In this document: positions 41,650 to 53,746 of the stretch, piece after piece
Numbering within the stretch: position 1 is the first letter of the stretch
Layout: every line of letters starts with the position of its first letter
Source of the DNA: Lingula anatina
Taxonomy: Eukaryota; Animalia; Brachiopoda
Direction of reading: 5' to 3'
DNA: 64,000 bases
Assembly: GCA_051362555.1 (NCBI GenBank)
Contig: CM120649.1
Coordinates: 4,278,001-4,342,000, forward strand
Position numbers and translations under genes: made by a program
Notes under the pieces: model-generated
Told to the model about the DNA's origin: nothing
Databases searched by the model: none
What the model saw: the letters and a program-made list of their open reading frames with translations, nothing else

Positions 41650-44600
41650 TTTGCTAAAAAAAAAATTATTTCACAAAGAAAAAGTTCTTTCCAGAAACTG
41701 ATAAAATGGCCCAACTTGCTGCAATACCTCCAGACTACACCATAATCACCCTGAGTATAGAGATCTCAACCCTTCCTCTGTGTACAGACTACACCATACT
41801 CACACCCTGAGTATAGAGATGTCAACCCTTCCTCTGTGTACAGAGTACATCATACTCACCCTGAGTATAGAGATCTCAACCCCTCCTCTGAGGAAATTCT
41901 GATGACAGCGTGCATCATCCCCCTGTACTTGAGCTGAGCATGCTGGGCGTCGATCTTCTGTCCCTGGATCTGGAGGCGCGTCTTGGTTGTATCTATTGGG
42001 AATGTGCCTGATGTGAAAGAATTGAATAAGAATAATCAATAAAAACCAAATACTTACTTTTAGGACATAAAAAAGTGGTATGATTTCAAGTTAGTAACGA
42101 TGACTGGTAATAAACAAATAAATAATGAAAGAGATCATGTCATCAATTCAGGAATGGTATGTTCATAGTTCAAATAATAAAAGAAATACTCTTAGGACAA
42201 CCACAGGTTGCTGTGTATGCGGGATGCCAAATAATAAAAGAGCAGGTAAAATTCTTGCATGGTCTACCAGCATTAAAACCTGAGGTGACTTTTTATCAGG
42301 CAATCAGCTTAAATTCTAACTGATATTTTCTGTGAAACTCAATTTAGTGGGCTAAAATTAAAAGCACACTTTGTCACACAAGTCATTTTGTTAAACAGGC
42401 CAGTCAGATGAAATGAATGCATGCTACTTTATGAAATGAGGCCAATCGGTAAATTATTGTTATGTGTACACACAATTAAGTTACTGCCTGGGCACAGACT
42501 TAGTAATAGTAGTTTTACAACGCAAAGCCTGGACCCAGTCGCCTGAGTTTCGGAGATTCCTGTAAGCTCACATCGGTTAAAAGTAGAGACATTGTGAAAA
42601 AAGTCCTCTACCAGGGCCACAGATCAGTTTTTCACTAGATTTTTGAAGATATTTTTCTGGTTAACATGTGCACTTTTCTGTCCCACTGCAGTGGATCATT
42701 GTGTTATGAATTTGTCTGAAACATACATCTGCCATTATACAGCAAAAAATCTTAAGTCAATCTGTGGCCGTGCACGGTACGTAGAGGAAATGCTGAGCCT
42801 TTGAGAGGCGAGTTTTCACTGTCTGTGACCTATGAAACTGTTGGTATATAGTAGTGCAAACTGACATTGCATCATATGTATGACTAACTATAACAATTAC
42901 ACTGAGTACACTAAGTGCACATCTCTGACCTCATTGTCTGCTCTATTTATAAATCCAAAGATAATACAGTAGACACAAAGATATTTCACCACTAAAAATT
43001 TGTGTAGCTTTGTCAAGTTTCCAGCCTATAGACAGAATACGTCACATATCTCAGACACTTTAGGACTGAAAAATTTTTTCTTTGAGGCAAAGATTCAATA
43101 AAGGCAATGTTTTTAAGGATTCAGCAAATATCAAGGGAAAAATCGTACCACAAAATTTGTTTAAATATACAAAAAATTGAATTATAGGGCACCCAGTTTT
43201 ACGCGGTCTTCTTTCCTGTAACGTACTTTCTTTTTGCCAAAATGAAATTGCTGAAATTGATCAAAACTGAGGGAGTTTGAGGATATGGCTTGTTGGAAAG
43301 GGGGGGGGGGTTTGGAAGGGGGGGAATTCACATTCCAACTCTGACATCTGGGGTGATAAATGACATGGCACTAAAATGGGACACAGCACGAAGGAGGTTA
43401 CAAACTGTGTACATTGCATAATGCCTCCACTTACAGCAGAAATGTCACAGTGATCATGCAGTACGCTCACTGTGACATTTACTGTTGAAATCACAGCTGG
43501 ACTAATATAGAGGAGATAAAACAAGTGACAGTCACAGCAGATACCAAACTATAGGAGGGAAAAAAATTCACTCATTTGGAGTAGAAATTTATAGCTTAAA
43601 ATTAAAAATGTTTTACAAGTAAAGCATGCTTTACTTTATATTTTGAAAAAATATAGCAAACTCAAATCACTTCAAACCTTAGCAACATTTATATAAAGAG
43701 TTAAATTCATTAACAGGATTCATTATCAGCCTTTTTCCCTACTTTAATAATAATAATTCTTTCTTGCCTTACATTTTGCTTTGTATAATGTTCACTTTAC
43801 GTGGTCAAGACAAACAAGAGTATGGACATTATTATTTACCATAATATACCATCATATACTGAAAAGGAGAGGAACTTCAAAATCAAAAAGAAAAACTGAA
43901 ATGCAAAATCTCGGCCTCTCATATTTATTCTGGACTACTGCCAAACCTCCAAGGAAACTAATCTTGATAAGGATAGAGCAGCTGCAAAGCCTAGCACTTT
44001 CTTTGGTAAAAATAAATGACTGAACAGTTATCTTTTAAACTTGTGTTAAAGGGATAATAACTCTTTGTATGAGATCTATATTTCACAATAAAAACATTGT
44101 GAACAACTCATAGAAATATAATATATTCTGTTTTACCACAAAAATGGCAGTTAAGCTATTATTCTGATATTTGAGCTTGTCTTCAGACCACGTGACCTCC
44201 ATTGATGGCTATACTCTGTTATAATCTCTTAAGAGATTATGACAAAAAAAAAAAAACTTTTAAGAAAAAAACAGGGATTAACTTTGAATGTAAAAATGGA
44301 TTCATTAACCACTAGTAAGTACGGGAAAATTGTTGTTTACTCCAGGAAAATTAATTTTTTGGCCAAAACGAAGAGTTATTATCCCTTTAACCTTTGGAAA
44401 TTACATGTACAATAACAACGTTTAACAGTTTTTAACACTAGCAGAGGTGTCATAGCTTGTTAACTCATTAAAAAATTTAATGTCCATTACTTAAGTAAAC
44501 CTTAATTTTAAAATCTTTTTGCAAAATGGCTATATTTCTGTACTCAAGGTCGCAATGGGATTTTGCTCTGAAATGACCGCAGCTTGATAATCAAACTAGT

Positions 44601-46526
44601 AAGAATATATAATAGGCACTGGCATTTTTTCTTACTGATTAGGCTAACTAAATAGCAATGGGTCACCTTGAAAATCCATTGTGTTCAGTCTTTGTAAACC
44701 AACAAAATCAACAATAAAGAAAACAAGTCACAATAATAAAAGTTGTGTTGTTGTTCACTCTCAATTGCTCGTTCACAACACCTGTGCTACATTTGAGGCA
44801 CACCTGACAAATACAAAGATTAAGTAAACAAATAAACAAATAATGTTAATAGAAAGGTGATCTAAAATGGGTGAAATGTAAAGGTTTGTTTTGAACAGTA
44901 TTTGCACATGTTCCATTTGGACATTGTTTTCTAGTGCAACCTGTGCGGAGCAAGTGGCGCAATGATTTGTGAGAGAAGATAGAAAGATGTCTTTTTCAAT
45001 TCTACCCTGAAAAATTTAAACCAGAAGCCTGGCTCATAAAAGAAAGTAAGGTTGAGAATGGTTCAAACTTTTCTGAAAATATTACTTCAGCCTTCTTTGA
45101 CCAAAGATAAAACAACAGTTGTCAACAAAAAGAAACACAGAACCTTTTTTATCACAAGGATGACTTGTTCATATATAAGATAGCTAGACCCCGTTCCCAT
45201 ACTTAGATTGATTTAACAGGATCGACCCATCTGCTAGGGACTTCTTGCTAAACTGCATTAGCTTATAGTAATAAGCTCTGATGTCTGGTATGCCTACTGA
45301 AGCTGATAGGGGGATAATTAAATTGCGTTTCTAAAGCAGCTTCAGTAGGCATACCAGACATCTGCTTAAGCTGAATGCACTTTAACAAGAAACCCCTCAG
45401 AGATGAGTTGATCCTGCTAGAACAATCTAGGTATGGGAATGGAGTCCTAATATTTCAGACCAAAAATAGATATTTCAATATAGCAGTCTACCATCACTGT
45501 TCCTTACAGAGACTAAATATTTGGTCTAAAAGTGTAGACAAATTTTAGGCTACACTTCCCCTATATAAAACCAGACCCAGATTGTAAAGAAATCTCCTGG
45601 TGGCATTTTCACCCGCATATTGATGTTCTGTCACATATGTTCGGTCAAAAGGGATCGGCTTCTCTTTTCAAATGCAAATCACTTAACAGGAATTGCATGT
45701 CACTTTCTTTTACACAGGGATCTCTTATTGTCCCTATATGAGGTGAGGCATGTATTTCTTTTAAACATGTCTATGTTCAGGTTCCATGAAAACCCACACA
45801 ATGACTCACTGCCTGAGGCGCAGTGTGAAATGAACAAGCCTCTGTGGTATTATAAGGTGGAAGGACGTGCATCAATTATTGGGGCTTACTAGAAATTTTA
45901 AACATCACAGTGACAGTGGTTTTAATCTGTATACAAAAAAAAAAAAAAAAAAAAAAAAAGCAATTTATAAAATTAAATTTAAATATCAGAAGACTGAATT
46001 TAGTTGAAATTGTTGCTCCCTTAAATACCTTACTAAGGACTGAGGACGTCTATCCCGAAAATTTTGTGAAAAAACATCAGATGCTGCTGTTATTGCAACT
46101 ATATTGTACACATTTCCAAGATAAATATTTAATTTAATTTATCATTTTATGGTTCTAATGACTCCAAACTTGCTCCATTCTGCTGTTTTCATAGACGTGC
46201 CTCTATTTCTCCATTTCCATAACAAATTCAGATTAAAAACTAGAAAAACTAGCAGCCAGAGAGTGCACACCACCAGATTTTAATAAATATATCAATGGAT
46301 AGCCACCAAATTTATATCAGTTCTAAGTTAGCCCCTTTCTGACATTGACATTATGACACATCCTGAAATTTTTATTCAAATCCGTGGGTAGCTTCTGAAT
46401 TAGGCCGATAACTAGCAAAAGCAAAAACATAACTTCCTTGATGGAGCCAATGATCAAATTCAACTTACCACATTCTGCTATCACAGAAGCCACCCCTCCG
46501 TAACAGAATGGCCGCCAGTCCCTCAT
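33626..46526 (-). CDS. SLC25A30: Mitochondrial carrier KMCP1/UCP5 (SLC25A30/SLC25A14-like), 291 aa
   Basis: Exons 46526-46469, 42007-41860, 41526-41432, 38821-38736, 37933-37835, 36790-36663, 36170-36110, 35205-35125, 34116-34036, 33664-33626 (876 nt). [11 protein letters not shown], three carrier signatures [30 protein letters not shown]; [11 protein letters not shown]; [19 protein letters not shown]. Confidence 0.93.
33665..34035 (-). other. U12-type (minor spliceosome) GT-AG intron
   Basis: 5' splice site GTATCCTTTT; branch site TTCTTAAC (33684-33677) about 13 nt before the terminal AG. Confidence 0.9.
35219..35835. mobile_element. Kolobok-like non-autonomous element (TTAA TSD)
   Basis: TTAA at 35215-35218 and 35836-35839; TIR AG..TAATAACTCTTC / GAAGAGTTATTA..CT; right-hand 170 bp shared with 44050-44386. 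Confidence 0.8.
36829..37134. mobile_element. Palindromic MITE with about 113-bp TIRs
   Basis: GGGACCATTCAGATCGAG...TCTCACAT (36829-36941) is inverted at 37022-37134 with few mismatches. Confidence 0.85.
38328..38757 (-). repeat. 68-74-bp tandem array containing copies of the exon end and splice donor
   Basis: CTCACC donor motif at 38376, 38450, 38518, 38592, 38660 and the true donor 38731; spacings 74, 68, 74, 68, 71. Confidence 0.95.
41731..41890 (-). repeat. 54-56-bp tandem repeat x3 containing the exon end and donor
   Basis: CAGAGGARGGGTTGASATCTCTATACTCAGG|GTG repeated three times on the - strand. Confidence 0.93.
44050..44386. mobile_element. Kolobok-like non-autonomous element, shorter copy
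   Basis: TTAA TSD 44046-44049 and 44387-44390; TIR AGGGATAATAACTCTT / AAGAGTTATTATCCCT. Confidence 0.85.
45186..45447. mobile_element. Harbinger-like palindromic MITE
   Basis: GACCCCGTTCCCATAC / GTATGGGAATGGAGTC termini; internal inverted GATGTCTGGTATGCCTACTGAAGCTG. Confidence 0.75.
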
Positions 46527-47008
46527 AACACTCACTCCTTGGTTTTACTCGGATTTCCTTTAAATTATTCAAACCTGAAATAAATCATCAAAACTGATAA
46601 ATACTGGTGAAGGATCAAACTCTCATTTTATTCAGCATGGGTTCAAATGCTAGGTAGGTCAGGTGTACAGGAGCTGCCATGGGGCCTATCACAAATGAAT
46701 TAAAATTCTTGAAATTCCATAAAGAAAATCACTTTTGCTTTCTTTTTTAACCAATGAGGCATGACCCACCTTGACGCGAAAGATCATGAAAAAACCTCCT
46801 TTTACCTAAAATTGACACTTTTTAATAATCTTTCATTTAAAAAAGATAAAAATCATCATCACATTTGGCAAATCTTCAGTCATATTAGTTCTACTTGGAT
46901 TTTCAACTGCTCACATATATTTGATGAATTTGACCAGTTTTAAGTTGGTGGCATTATGATTGTGGCAGGGTTCACATGTTCAATTATGCTCATCATCATC
47001 ATAATCAT

Positions 47009-47046
<38 letters not shown>

Positions 47047-47539
47047 GAACACTGCATTTTTAATATAAAACAACCTCCATAATTAATACATTTTAAATTA
47101 TACTCAAATAATTTTCTTTATTAATAGTTGATTTAAGAATTTTATTTATTGATTGGTTTATGTCAATTTATTGTTAATAATCCGATTTCTAATATTATAT
47201 TAAAATTCACTAGATCTCACCAATAATTAAAATTCTAAAAGAGAAAATTATTTGAATAAAAATCGGATTAGCAAAGGGATTTAATACATAAAATAATCAA
47301 TCTCAAGCTTACAGGGCTAAATATTCAATGAGTTGACCAAATATAATACTGTATTTTCATAATTGTTTTATTTTTCTAGTTATGAAACTTCTCACGGCAC
47401 ATGTGATTTACTCGTGTACAGCAAAGATATCATATATGCACATGTCAAACCTAAAATTGGGTCATATAATAGCAACGCGGCAATCCAAATTTGTCAATGA
47501 AAATAGGCGAATATTAATCTTAAAATGGTATAATATCTT

Positions 47540-47978
47540 ACCTTATTATCTTCGCTAACCACATTGGGAAATAATTACTTAAATCGATTTGTGTGACCTC
47601 GAAAATGCGCACGAATTCCCCGAGAGCCGCCAGGCGTCCGTACTTCAGTTTGCCTCACCGAGTTCGCCTGCTCTTAAACCGGAAGTTTCGATTGCTTGGT
47701 ATTTATCAAAATGAAGAACAAAACGTTTACTGGAATAATAAAAAAAATAGAATATATTGATTCCTCAGATTGATGCATAGAAAATTACAATGCAACGATA
47801 AGTCCTTGAATAATTTATGAAATATAATTTTGAGTGCTTGTTTGAATAAACCTCTACTTGACAACGAAACGATTCTCAGTTTTGTGTAACCTCCATACTT
47901 TCCTTTTTCCGGTTCGGCTAGAACAGAGTCGAACACGTAAATATTTGTGAGAAAGAATCCACTCACATCTGATCCAAA
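47540..47978. promoter_or_regulatory. Bidirectional promoter region for SLC25A30-like (-) and TCTP (+), with 5'TOP-like pyrimidine tract
   Basis: Minus-strand donor AAG|GTAAGA at about 47541 fits a non-coding first exon (the ATG exon has an acceptor at 46575); CpG-rich patch with CCGGAAGT at 47679; CTTTCCTTTTTCC at about 47898-47910 upstream of the TCTP ATG. Confidence 0.6.
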
Positions 47979-50900
47979 ATGAAGCTTTTTAGGGACGTCG
48001 TCTCAGGTAAAGAAACAGAAATATTTTTCCTCGATACTGAAGCAAAACAAAGCTGATAATGATTCTTGATTGATAAGATATTGTGTTTTAATTCAGGTGA
48101 TGAACTCTTAACCGATGCCCTACCCATGAAAGACCTAGGATGTGTCTACCAGGTTGAAGCCAAGGTAATTCAAATTCTGTTTCTTAAATTTACTAGATAT
48201 TAGTATTATAGTACCAAGGGAATATGATCTTTCTTTCGTTATCTCGTGAATACGATCTTTTTTTTTTTGTATCTCGTATGATATTTTGTCAGTCGGTCTT
48301 GTACTTTAATTTTTTCATGGCAATATGTTTCCATGGGTGCCTCCCACGCCCGGCAGTGATTCAGTCTAGTGAGGAGTGTTTTATGCAGCTTCACTTCATT
48401 TAGAATCAGTATAAGATGGTTTCTATTGCCACGTAATCTTAAACAGCTGTAAGTTTTTCGAATATAGATACGTTTCAAAAATTAAGTTAGAATGTTGATG
48501 GTAACCACGCTCGGCTGTCACCTTGATTGGATAGTAAACGATTGTCGTAAAATCGCTAAATGATATTAAAACCGGGTGCATAAACTTGAAAACCACCTAC
48601 AACAACCTTGGACTACCACATTAATCCAATACAATGCAAACATAAACTATAACAAGTGGTTAAAGCCTTCAAACCGAATGTCGTAAAGTCCCCATATACC
48701 TCCATAGAGACAATAAAATAGAATGAGCTTGTGAAACAAGAAAAATCCAGTTCCAACATAATAATCGAAATAAAATACTGCCGGGCATCGGAGCGGCCTA
48801 AAACTTGGCACGCTTACCGCTAATACTGCAGGCTACATCATTCCGTCGCTCGTTTGTAAATTCCGTGCATGGCATACGCACAATCAAACCGTAAAAAACA
48901 AATTCTCGGGGTGTCGTTGGCTAGGTCCACTCAACAATCCAATTCAGGAAATGACGTAACCGCAGAGGTCGCATTGTCCAATGGCATGGCTTCTTTTTCG
49001 TAATGGTAGGTTAGAGTGGACCTGGCCAACGACACCCCGAGAATTTGTTTTTTACGGTTTGATGGTGCGTATGCCATGCACGGAATTTACAAACGAGCGA
49101 CGGAATGATGTAGCCTGCAGTATTAGCGGTAAGCGTGCCAAGTTTTAGGCCGCTCCGATGCCCGGCAGTATTTTATTTCGATTATTCTGTTGGAACTGGA
49201 TTTTTCTTGTTTCTCAAGCTCATTCTATTTTATTGTCTCTATGGAGGTATATGGGGACTTTACGACATTCGGTTTGAAGGCTTTAACCACTTGTTATAGT
49301 TTATGTTTGCATTGTATTGGATTAATGTGGTAGTCCAAGGTTGTTGTAGGTGGTTTTCAAGTTTATGCACCCGGTTTTAATATCATTTAGCGATTTTACG
49401 ACAATCGTTTACTATCCAATCAAGGTGACAGCCGAGCGTGATGGTAACCATAAACTGTTTATGTAGAAAATTTGTCTTTTTTCCCCCCATTGAAGTATGA
49501 AGAATTGACCTATCATAAAAGACCATTGGTCACATCACTGCCCAGGTCTATAGTCAGGGCGGGGGGGGGGGGGGGGGTGTGGGTGTGCAGGGGTTTCAAA
49601 GGAACCCCCCCCCCCCTTTTGCCAGAAAAAGGTTCCCTCTGTGTAAAACTCTATCTAGGTACTGGAAGGGCTTTATGCAGGGCTCTTCAATAACTTTTTC
49701 AGCCACTTGCCCTTTGGGCAATTGACCGGCAAAATCTACTTGCCCGAATTGGAAACTCACTTGCCCAAAATTTTACCATACAAAAAATGAACAGTGTTTA
49801 TATCTTTCTTTTCAATTTCAATTTTATTTTGGTGCTTGGCGTTTCTATTCTGTGAAATATCTGAAATAGTATAGTGATATCAAAGTTAACTGCTTACAGT
49901 GTTATAAATGAATGTAACTTAGGACGTGGCTGTCAGCTATATTCAGTCAAATGGAGTATTTTGTTCCTAAGTAAAGTTCCCATTTGCTGTCATTTATAAA
50001 GTGGCAAACATGGGATTTTTATTTACATATATTGTAGGCATCTTATTTTATCTATTATTTTATTTATCAACTGTTCTGTCTGAGAAATGAATTTAAAAAA
50101 ATTCTAAATTCATAATTGTACTGTGCTGAATAATGACACTGCATAGAAAAAGTCTACAATTTCCATTTTTATTGTAAAAAAAAAGGCATAGCTCTGAAAT
50201 GAATTTTTATTTTTCGAAATATTTGCATTCATTTTTTAACCTGAAAATAATTAAGCAGTGGTCTAAGGTGAGAGAAACCCGTCTTACATATATCTATATT
50301 TACATAAAATCTAGCAAGCAACTATATAACATTACTAAAATTAGTTGTCATATCTATTAATGAATTTACACATTAAGTATTTGTGATTATTACACTGCTG
50401 CGGGGCTTGACACTTATTTTTCAGGTGACCTGTCCAGCTTACTGCAGACAAATTTCACTTATCCCCAGCTAATGTCCACTGTAGATCTTTATTAGGCAAA
50501 AACTTAAAAGTATCTGCTATTTGTACGCGCTATTAATGGCGCAGGTTAAATTTTATGCGATTGTACGAACCGAAAGTGAAGATTTGATTAACTATTTGAG
50601 AAGATTTCACGATTTTATGCGATTAAATATCTGTTCTTTTACTTTATTTTGACACTTGCCCGATCGGGCAAGCATTCAGGTGAGTGAACTTGTCCGACAT
50701 CGATGTCTACTTGCCCTGCGCAATCAGGCAATCCTTATTGTTGAGTCCTGTTAACAGTGTTATGGTAATTTTTTTTAAACAAAGAACCCCACTTTTGAAA
50801 TTGCTGGCTGCAGGCCTGCTGCCTGTTAGGAAAAAGATGTACTTGTTTCTCATAATTACAAGAAACAGCAAAAATTATTTTCTCTGAATTACTATTCTCT

Positions 50901-53331
50901 CTTTTTTTTTTTTTTGCTCTAGCTTGTTCCAGAGGACTCGAGTGTTTCGGATGCCCTCATTGGTGGGAATAAAAGCGCAGAGGGCGGGGCAGAGGACCTT
51001 GATGACTCCGTGCAATGGAAGCTGAATGTGGTCAGTGCCAATAATCTTGTAGAGACGGGGTTCTCTAAAAAAGATTATCAGACTCATATCAAGACGTACA
51101 TGAAAAAGTAAGTGCTAACCTAAAAGGAGTTTTAACAATTTGTTAAAAATGCATTTGAATTCAAGTTTTTGACAAAATAGCTTACCAAATGCCACAATGT
51201 TATTGTAGTTTCAACTAGCATAACTTAAAGAAATCCCTAAAAACCTCTTTTCATCATCAATGGGGAAGATTGATAGGTCCAATAAGCAGGTCAAATTTAC
51301 GAGGAAGGTGCAGTTTAAATCTCTTATAGCTGATTGAATGGTTAATCCCATTATATCCCTTGGCGTGGTGTGACTATTTGAGTCAAAAGAAACTAGTAAA
51401 AGTGGTTTATGTTTTATTGAAAATCCATGCTCTACTGGTGCTCATTTCAACATTAATTAATGACACACATACAGCAGTGATGTCAGACAGCAAATTTTCT
51501 TTTTCCACAAATTGGCCGAAAGCTTGCATTGAAATATTTGAATGTCTTGTAAAATTATTGAAACAGGCTATACTAGTAGAGACTCCTGGGATGGCAGAAG
51601 GTATATATATATATATATATATATGGGCCATGGTGACCCAATAATAAATAATTTATATAATGAAGCCAAGCTGTCATTTTTCAAAAAAACAAAAAAACAA
51701 AACATGGTAAGCCTTCTGATGATGCGTCAGTCCAAAGGATGGCTGGACGGTTCGCTGAAAATCCTTCTCTGGGTTGAAAATTGACTTACATGTTCCCAAG
51801 TAACAGGTACAACTTGCATCAGAAAGTGGCATGTCATATGCATGAGTTCAAAGCACATATGGAAGATGCATACACCTCACTGACACTTCAGCTATGGCAG
51901 AAGTCGAGAACTAAATAGACCCAGATGTGATGCAAGTTATATTGGTGCATGATGGGGGTTGAGGGGGGGGGGATACACCACACCTGGTGTTCCGCTTTTT
52001 TGTTTTGTGCCCTTATTAATAAGTGAAGCAGTTTCTTCTAAGATTGTATTTAAATTGAAATGATTTTTTTTTTGTTCTCAGGATTGAAGAGCACTTAAAG
52101 ACAACAAATCCAGATAGAGTGGCACCATTCAAACAGGAGGCCAGTGCACAGGTTGCCGGTTTTTTGAAAAGATTCAAAGATCTAGAGTTTTACACAGGTA
52201 CATTTATGTTGCCTGTCTTAGCCTCACTTTGGCGTTCGAGCCTACTTGATGTTATGTTTTGAAAGCGAGGCTTGCCTTGAAGTTGGCAATTTGAAGCATA
52301 CCATTTTGCAGGTTTGGAAGGAAGGAAGGGTTTTTTGACTACCTATTGTGACGGTAGCCGGTAGAGTAAGCTATCTGACAGGTTGAGTACAAAGCATTCT
52401 CTAATAGCTGACATTTCCTCCTCGTGTTTTGTCAGCCGCTAAGGATGCAACAGCAAACATTCTTCTTCGCGCTTATGGCCCTTCTCAAAAAGGAAGGTAG
52501 CCATTTGAAAAGAGGCAAACAAGTGGGCATGAACAGACACAATTACGTCCATACCTACAATTTTACTGGTATGAACTTAATCTTGATGGTGGTGCAATGT
52601 CTTGAGGTGGTATCACTGCTCTGATCCTGCAGTCTAAATATGTGTTACCTGTTGTGCATGATTAAAATTTAGTGTTGATTTTGCTGTTAAGCATTATATG
52701 ATAATATGGCATCAAAATTGACCAAAATCCTGTTTTGTGCACTGCCACCATAAGCAATATAAAGGGAAGCTTACGTAATTTGCTGAAACTGTCAAGTGGG
52801 ATTTTAGGGCTGTAGTGCATCTTGAGCTGGCAAGCCAGCCTGATTAGTTTCTTATTTTTGGGGTTACATGATTTTTTTAAATATAAAATGTTCTTTTTTA
52901 ATTTACTGAGACATTGAGCGTGTAAATTTGAATTCTCATGGGCCTGAAATCCTATGACAGTTACATATTCTTAATGTCTGTGTTCCTTGTTGTTTGGTGT
53001 GGATTTTGTTGTTTAGCATTATGTACTATTAAAATTGACAAAATATTTTGTACATCAGTATTTTCCGCTTTTCATAGGTACATTGGGCAGAGTTGCTGCC
53101 TTGTTTGTATTCACTTGTGTATTTTCCTTATTTTGTGCTCTCTTAGAATATCATCATGCTCATATGAATTAATTTGAATTATTCATAAATCGATGTTTTT
53201 CTTTTTCTTTCTCAGGCAATAGTATGGATCCAGATGGAATGGTAGTTTTAAAGGAATACATTGACAAAGATGGTGAAGAGGTACCCGTATTTTACTTCTT
53301 TAAAGATGGTTTGTCTGAGGAAAAGCTTTGA
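47979..53331 (+). CDS. TPT1: Translationally controlled tumour protein, 170 aa
   Basis: Exons 47979-48006, 48097-48164, 50923-51107, 52082-52197, 53216-53331 (513 nt). MKLFRDVVSGDELLTD, LIGGNKSAEG, FSKKDYQTHIKTYMKK, FYTGNSMDPDGMV, FFKDGLSEEK. Non-coding last exon from 54212. Confidence 0.96.
48506..49440. mobile_element. 935-bp foldback element with 427-bp TIRs and 8-bp TSD
   Basis: Arms 48506-48932 and 49014-49440 near-perfectly inverted, 81-bp spacer; ATGGTAAC duplicated at 48498-48505 and 49441-49448. Confidence 0.96.
49678..50750. mobile_element. hAT-like non-autonomous element, apparently nested in a CAGG...CCTG MITE (about 49555-50818)
   Basis: Termini CAGGGCTCTTCAATAA / TTATTGTTGAGTCCTG (13/16), subterminal ACTTGCCC motifs at both ends; no clean TSD. 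Confidence 0.65.
52393..52524 (+). ncRNA. SNORA31: Intronic H/ACA snoRNA, SNORA31-like
   Basis: Hairpin 1 GCATTCT/AGGATGC with upper stem GCTGACA/TGTCAGC and pocket CTAATA...CGCTA; H box ACAGCA 52450-52455; hairpin 2 CTTCTT/AAGAGG with ATGGC/GCCAT and pocket CGCGCTT...TTGAA; ACA at 52519-52521, 14 nt from the pocket. Vertebrate TPT1 is the known SNORA31 host. Confidence 0.85.
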
Positions 53332-53714
53332 AATGGTACGTACAAGGTTTAAAAAAATATATCGATTACTACATTAGTTCCAACAAAATTAATAATTTTT
53401 TATATGTGAAATGCATCATGAGTGATACTAACATCACAGATACTTATTCAGATGTTTAGGAAAGTTGGTTTTGTATAAAACGGGTTTGTTGTCTTTAATC
53501 AACAATGAAAAATCCGAAAAAGAAAACAAAAAATTTGAAGTAACTCCTGTAGCCTGGTCCCCGTTTCAAAGAAAAAAAAAACAAGTCGGTCCCCTGGCTT
53601 AGTTGACTAGGATTTCCATGAGAGTGCTGTTACACTGCTCCTGATAGGGTAAGATATGCCCATGTGACCACATAACTTTGGTAATTAAGTTCTTAGCCAG
53701 AGGGAACCAGACTT

Positions 53715-53746
<32 letters not shown>

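Noticed and set aside
51710-51790. Possible C/D snoRNA (TGATGA...CTGA around a hairpin) in TCTP intron 3
   Set aside because: Box-to-box span is only about 42 nt and no guide complementarity was recognised; other intronic hairpins near 51815 and 52800 also lacked convincing boxes.
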